This document shows, piece by piece, positions 60,451 through 64,000 of a stretch of DNA of 64,000 bases (the stretch's first letter is position 1; each line of letters begins with the position of its first letter). Both the position numbers and the translations under genes were made by a program. The notes under the pieces were generated by a model that saw only the letters and a program-made list of their open reading frames with translations, was not told where the DNA came from and ran no database searches. This DNA comes from Takakia lepidozioides (taxonomy: Eukaryota; Plantae; Bryophyta), in NCBI GenBank assembly GCA_030704615.1, contig CM060731.1:94550001-94614000 (forward strand), read 5' to 3'.

Positions 60451-63011
60451 TTGCGGATGTGTGTCGATTACACGGCTCTGAATAAGGTGACTATAAAAAA
60501 CCGGTACCCTTTGCCAAGGATCGACGACCTCTTCGATTGGTTGGCAGGAGCAAAGTATTTCAGCCGGATTGATTTACGTTCGGGTTACCACCAGATCCGG
60601 ATAGCGGAAGGAGATGAAGAAAAGACAACATGCAGCACAAGGTATGGCTCATACGAATTTTTGGTGATGCCTTTTGGGCTCACCATCACGCCAGCAACCT
60701 TAAGCACCCTGATGAACTGCCTCTTTCAGGAGTGGTTGGATGACTTTGTGATCGTGTACATCGACAACATCTTGGTCTACTTGAAAACGAAGGAAGAGCA
60801 CCTGGAGCACCTCAAAAGGGTGTTCCAGAAATTGCGGAAAGGGAAGCTGTATGCCAAAGCTTCAAAGTGCGAATTCGGGGTCACAAAAATGGAATTCCTA
60901 GGGCATGTGATTACACAAGAGGGGATCAAAATGGATGACAGAAAGGTGAGGGCAATCCTAGACTGGGAACCTCCGACTTCGGTCCCGGGAGTGCGATCCT
61001 TCCTAGGACTCGCCTCCTATTACCGAAAGTATGTGAGAAATTTTGCCAAGATCGCGGGGCCGCTGTCAGACCTTTTGTGTAAGTCCAAGGTATGGGTATG
61101 GAATACCTTTTGTGGCCAAGCTTTTGCCAAGTTGAAGCAGCGGATGGCGGAAGCTCCAATCTTGAAAATCCCGGAGTTCGACCGTCCATTTGAGATTCAT
61201 ACAGATGCGTCGGACTTCGTAATCGGGGGTGTGCTCATGCAGGATGGACGTCCATTGGCTTACAAAAGTAAGAAACTGAATGAAGTAGAGCGACGGTGGC
61301 CTACGCACGAGAAAGAAATGAAGGCGGTGGTGCATTGCCTTGAGCTTTGGCGCCACTATGTTGGTTCCAACCCAGTGAAGGTGTTCACAGATAATGTCAC
61401 AGTGAAGTATTTTGTCACACAGCCTAAGTTATCCCCAAAACAACTTAGGTGGCAAGACACTTTGGCAGTGTTTGACGTGGATATCCAGTACAAACCGGGA
61501 CGGGACAATGTGGTGGCCGATGCTTTAAGTAGAAAGCAGCAGCTCATGTTGGTGTACAGGGGCGAGATGGCGCTCCAAATGAAGATCCGGAAGGCATACC
61601 GGAAGGATGAGATGGCGAAGTCCGTGATGCAGGACTTGAGGTTGGGGATTAAATCGCAGTTCCACTTGCACAATGCACTGCTCCGATACAAGCAAAAGTG
61701 TCTCTACGTGCCGAAGGGAGGGATCAGAGATAGTCTCTTGAGAGAATGCCACGATGGCCCGCTTGCGGGCCACGGCGGAGCCAAGCGCACCACGACACTC
61801 TTGAAGAAAGAGTATTTCTGGCCCAAACTGAGGGAGGAGGCCGAGGAGTATGTCAAGACATGCACCACATGCCAACAAAACTGGAGCGAGTACAAAAAGC
61901 AAGCGGGGCTGTTACAACCCTTGCCGATTCCAGAGGGGTCTTGGGAAAGTGTCTCGATGGATTTCATGACTGCTTTGCCGCTATCAAAAGGATTTGATGC
62001 AATCATGGTGGTGGTGGATAGGTTCAATAAAATGGGCCATTTCATCCTCACCAAGGAGACGACAACGGCGCAGGAGACGGGGCCACTTTACTTCGCCCAC
62101 GTCTTCAAGCATCATGGACTCCCGAAGGATATTGTCTCGGACCGCGATCCAAAGTTTACGAGTAAATTTTGGAAAACAATTTGGAAGACAATGGGGACGA
62201 GGCTCAAGATGAGCACGGCCTTCCGACCTACAACGGACGGCTGAACGGAAAGAGTGAATTCCGTGGTGAAGCAGATCTTGCGGAATTATGTGTCGGTAGA
62301 CCAGTCAGACTTGGTGGAGCACTTGGATGCGGCAGAGTTCTGTTATAATAACACAAAACACTCCACAACGGGAGTTTCCCCTTTTGTATTGGTCTATGGA
62401 AAAACACCTCTGGTGCCGACAAGTTGGGCCGCCCAGGACGGTGAGGAGCCGACAGCAGCAGCGGTGCTGGAAGAACGCGAGCGTTTGTTGGAGCTCGCAA
62501 AGTACAACATTGCCAAAGCTAGGAAACAGTATGAACGACAGGCGAATCGGAAGCAGAGGGAAGTTAAGTTTGAGGCAGGCACAGAGGTCTAGTTGAACAT
62601 CAAAGAATTTTCGACTACCTCCGGAAGTGAGTCCAAAGTTCGTACCTCCGTATGCAGGGCCCTTTCGCATTCGGAAGGTTATGAATGAGGATGTGTATGA
62701 ATTGGAGCTGCCGGCAAATAGCAAGGTGCATCCGGTATTCCACGTTTCCCTTTTGAAGCCTTATTTCAAAGATGAAGTGCGTCCGAATCGGCATCAAGTG
62801 TTGCGCCCGCCACCTGTGCTGTTGGATCATGAAAATGAACCTGAGTACAAGGTGGAGGAAATGGTTCAAGAATCGAGAAATGGAGTATCTCGTTAAATGG
62901 AAGGGCTATCATCAAGTGGAGGCAACTTGGGTGCATGCCTCAGAAATGGGAAACGCATCCGAGGCGGTTGCAGCTTTCAAAGGGCGACCTCAAAAGTGGA
63001 AGAAGCGTTGA
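60451..63011 (+). pseudogene. pol: pol (RT-RNaseH-IN-chromodomain) of copy 3
   Basis: 597-aa ORF with RT (YIDN instead of YIDD), RNaseH HTDASD and integrase HHCC/DDE, followed by broken GPF and chromodomain ORFs. Confidence 0.92.
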
Positions 63012-63335
63012 TAGGGACATCAACCTTGGATCGTGGGGGAGGAAATGCATGCTTAGTCCGGCTTAGCTAGCTCAGGAATCCGATTGCAAAAACTTGTGTT
63101 GTACAAATTTTGTTTATAAATAAAATGGTTTCCAAATGTTATGCATCCTATTTTGTTTGGAATGGTGATGCATGGTATGGTTGGCTAGTAGAGTCAAGTG
63201 GGGGTTTGGTTCTTTGTCATGGGACGCCATGGTACGGAAACAAACTCCTTGATGTGGGAGGCCACAACTTGGATGTTAGTTTCTACAAAATGGACAAGTC
63301 GATGAGGACATCGACTCCCTGTTGGTAGGGGTGTG

Positions 63336-64000
63336 TGTCGCGGCCGTTTGCCTTGAGGGCAGGGGGTCGGGACACAAGAGGGGCTGCCCCTGTGGTGGGG
63401 GCAGTGGCAACAATAGGTATGGGGACTAAAGCAACCTTGAGTGCCCAAGGCACTCAATGAGGCAGAGGCACTCACTAGGTGGAGCCCCGCACACCGGGTT
63501 GCGGTGGGGGTGGTTCCACGAGGGGTGGTGGTAGCTTAGTGGGTCTTAGTGGGGGTGGCATAGGACTCACCATGGGGCAGAGACCATGTGGTGGTGGGAG
63601 TCATGGGGAGTCTTGGGACTCATCACGGTCCTTTGGGGCCGTGGTGGGTGGGCCAAGACTCACCGCGACTCATCACCGGGAGTCAAGGGTCTTCGTGGTG
63701 ATTCGCCATAAAAGGACGGTGTTGTTTGTGAGACCCCCGTGGACAGTCACAGAAGTATATATAGGGAGTAATAACCCCGAGAACGGTGCAAGCCCGTTGG
63801 TGACCAAAAACTAGTGAGTAAGCATGCGAGCCGGAAAGCGACCAAGGTGTGGGGAGCTGTTCCGGACTGCCAACAACCAAAGGGAATTTCCACTAGGCCC
63901 AAAGTGAGCGAGGGTCTTGTGGAGGAGCAAAGGGGGACCGTTATGTCCCGGTGAGCAGCCGAAGCTCCGAGTTGGCCCGGCGGCCAGTTTGGGAGTTAGG
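63336..64000 (+). repeat. 3' LTR of chromovirus copy 3 (partial)
   Basis: Preceded by GGTAGGGGTGTG; repeat of the LTR starting at 57858. Confidence 0.9.

Larger units (their letters stand above)
57858..64000 (+). mobile_element. Chromovirus copy 3 (degenerate, internal deletions); the 3' LTR runs off the window
   Basis: 5' LTR 57858-58534, PBS GGTATCAGAGC 58535-58545, gag-pol, 3' LTR from 63336. Confidence 0.93.

Overview
Repeat-dominated eukaryotic window, almost certainly a land plant. Evidence: GT-AG introns, chromovirus LTR retrotransposons with a Met-tRNA PBS, a plant L1-type LINE relic, and one intact plant hAT-derived host gene at 41694-44291. The standout feature is a nested cluster of large DNA transposons of one type: the end of copy A (1-491), copy B (~493-20699), complete copy C (23748-36431) and relic D (~36985-37600). 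B and C each carry two head-to-head genes. One is a Mutator-like transposase (GCM/WRKY-like zinc domain, DDE with CxxH, and a SWIM finger visible in C). The other is a large intron-containing gene encoding a ParB-like domain (DGNHRLLA) fused to a beta-class DNA amino-methyltransferase fold with an atypical DIPD motif IV. The non-coding parts of B, C and D are filled with a family-specific 22-bp palindrome built on a shared CGGCGCCG core: B GGAAATG-core-CATTTCC, C GGAAATT-core-AATTTCC, D GGGAAGT-core-ACTTCCC. In B the palindromes form a strictly 53-bp-phased array. This looks like a transposon-encoded, sequence-specific epigenetic system (parS-like sites plus a ParB-methyltransferase); that function is inference, not shown. 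Most transposon ORFs are frameshifted through decay and/or assembly indels, so gene models are approximate.
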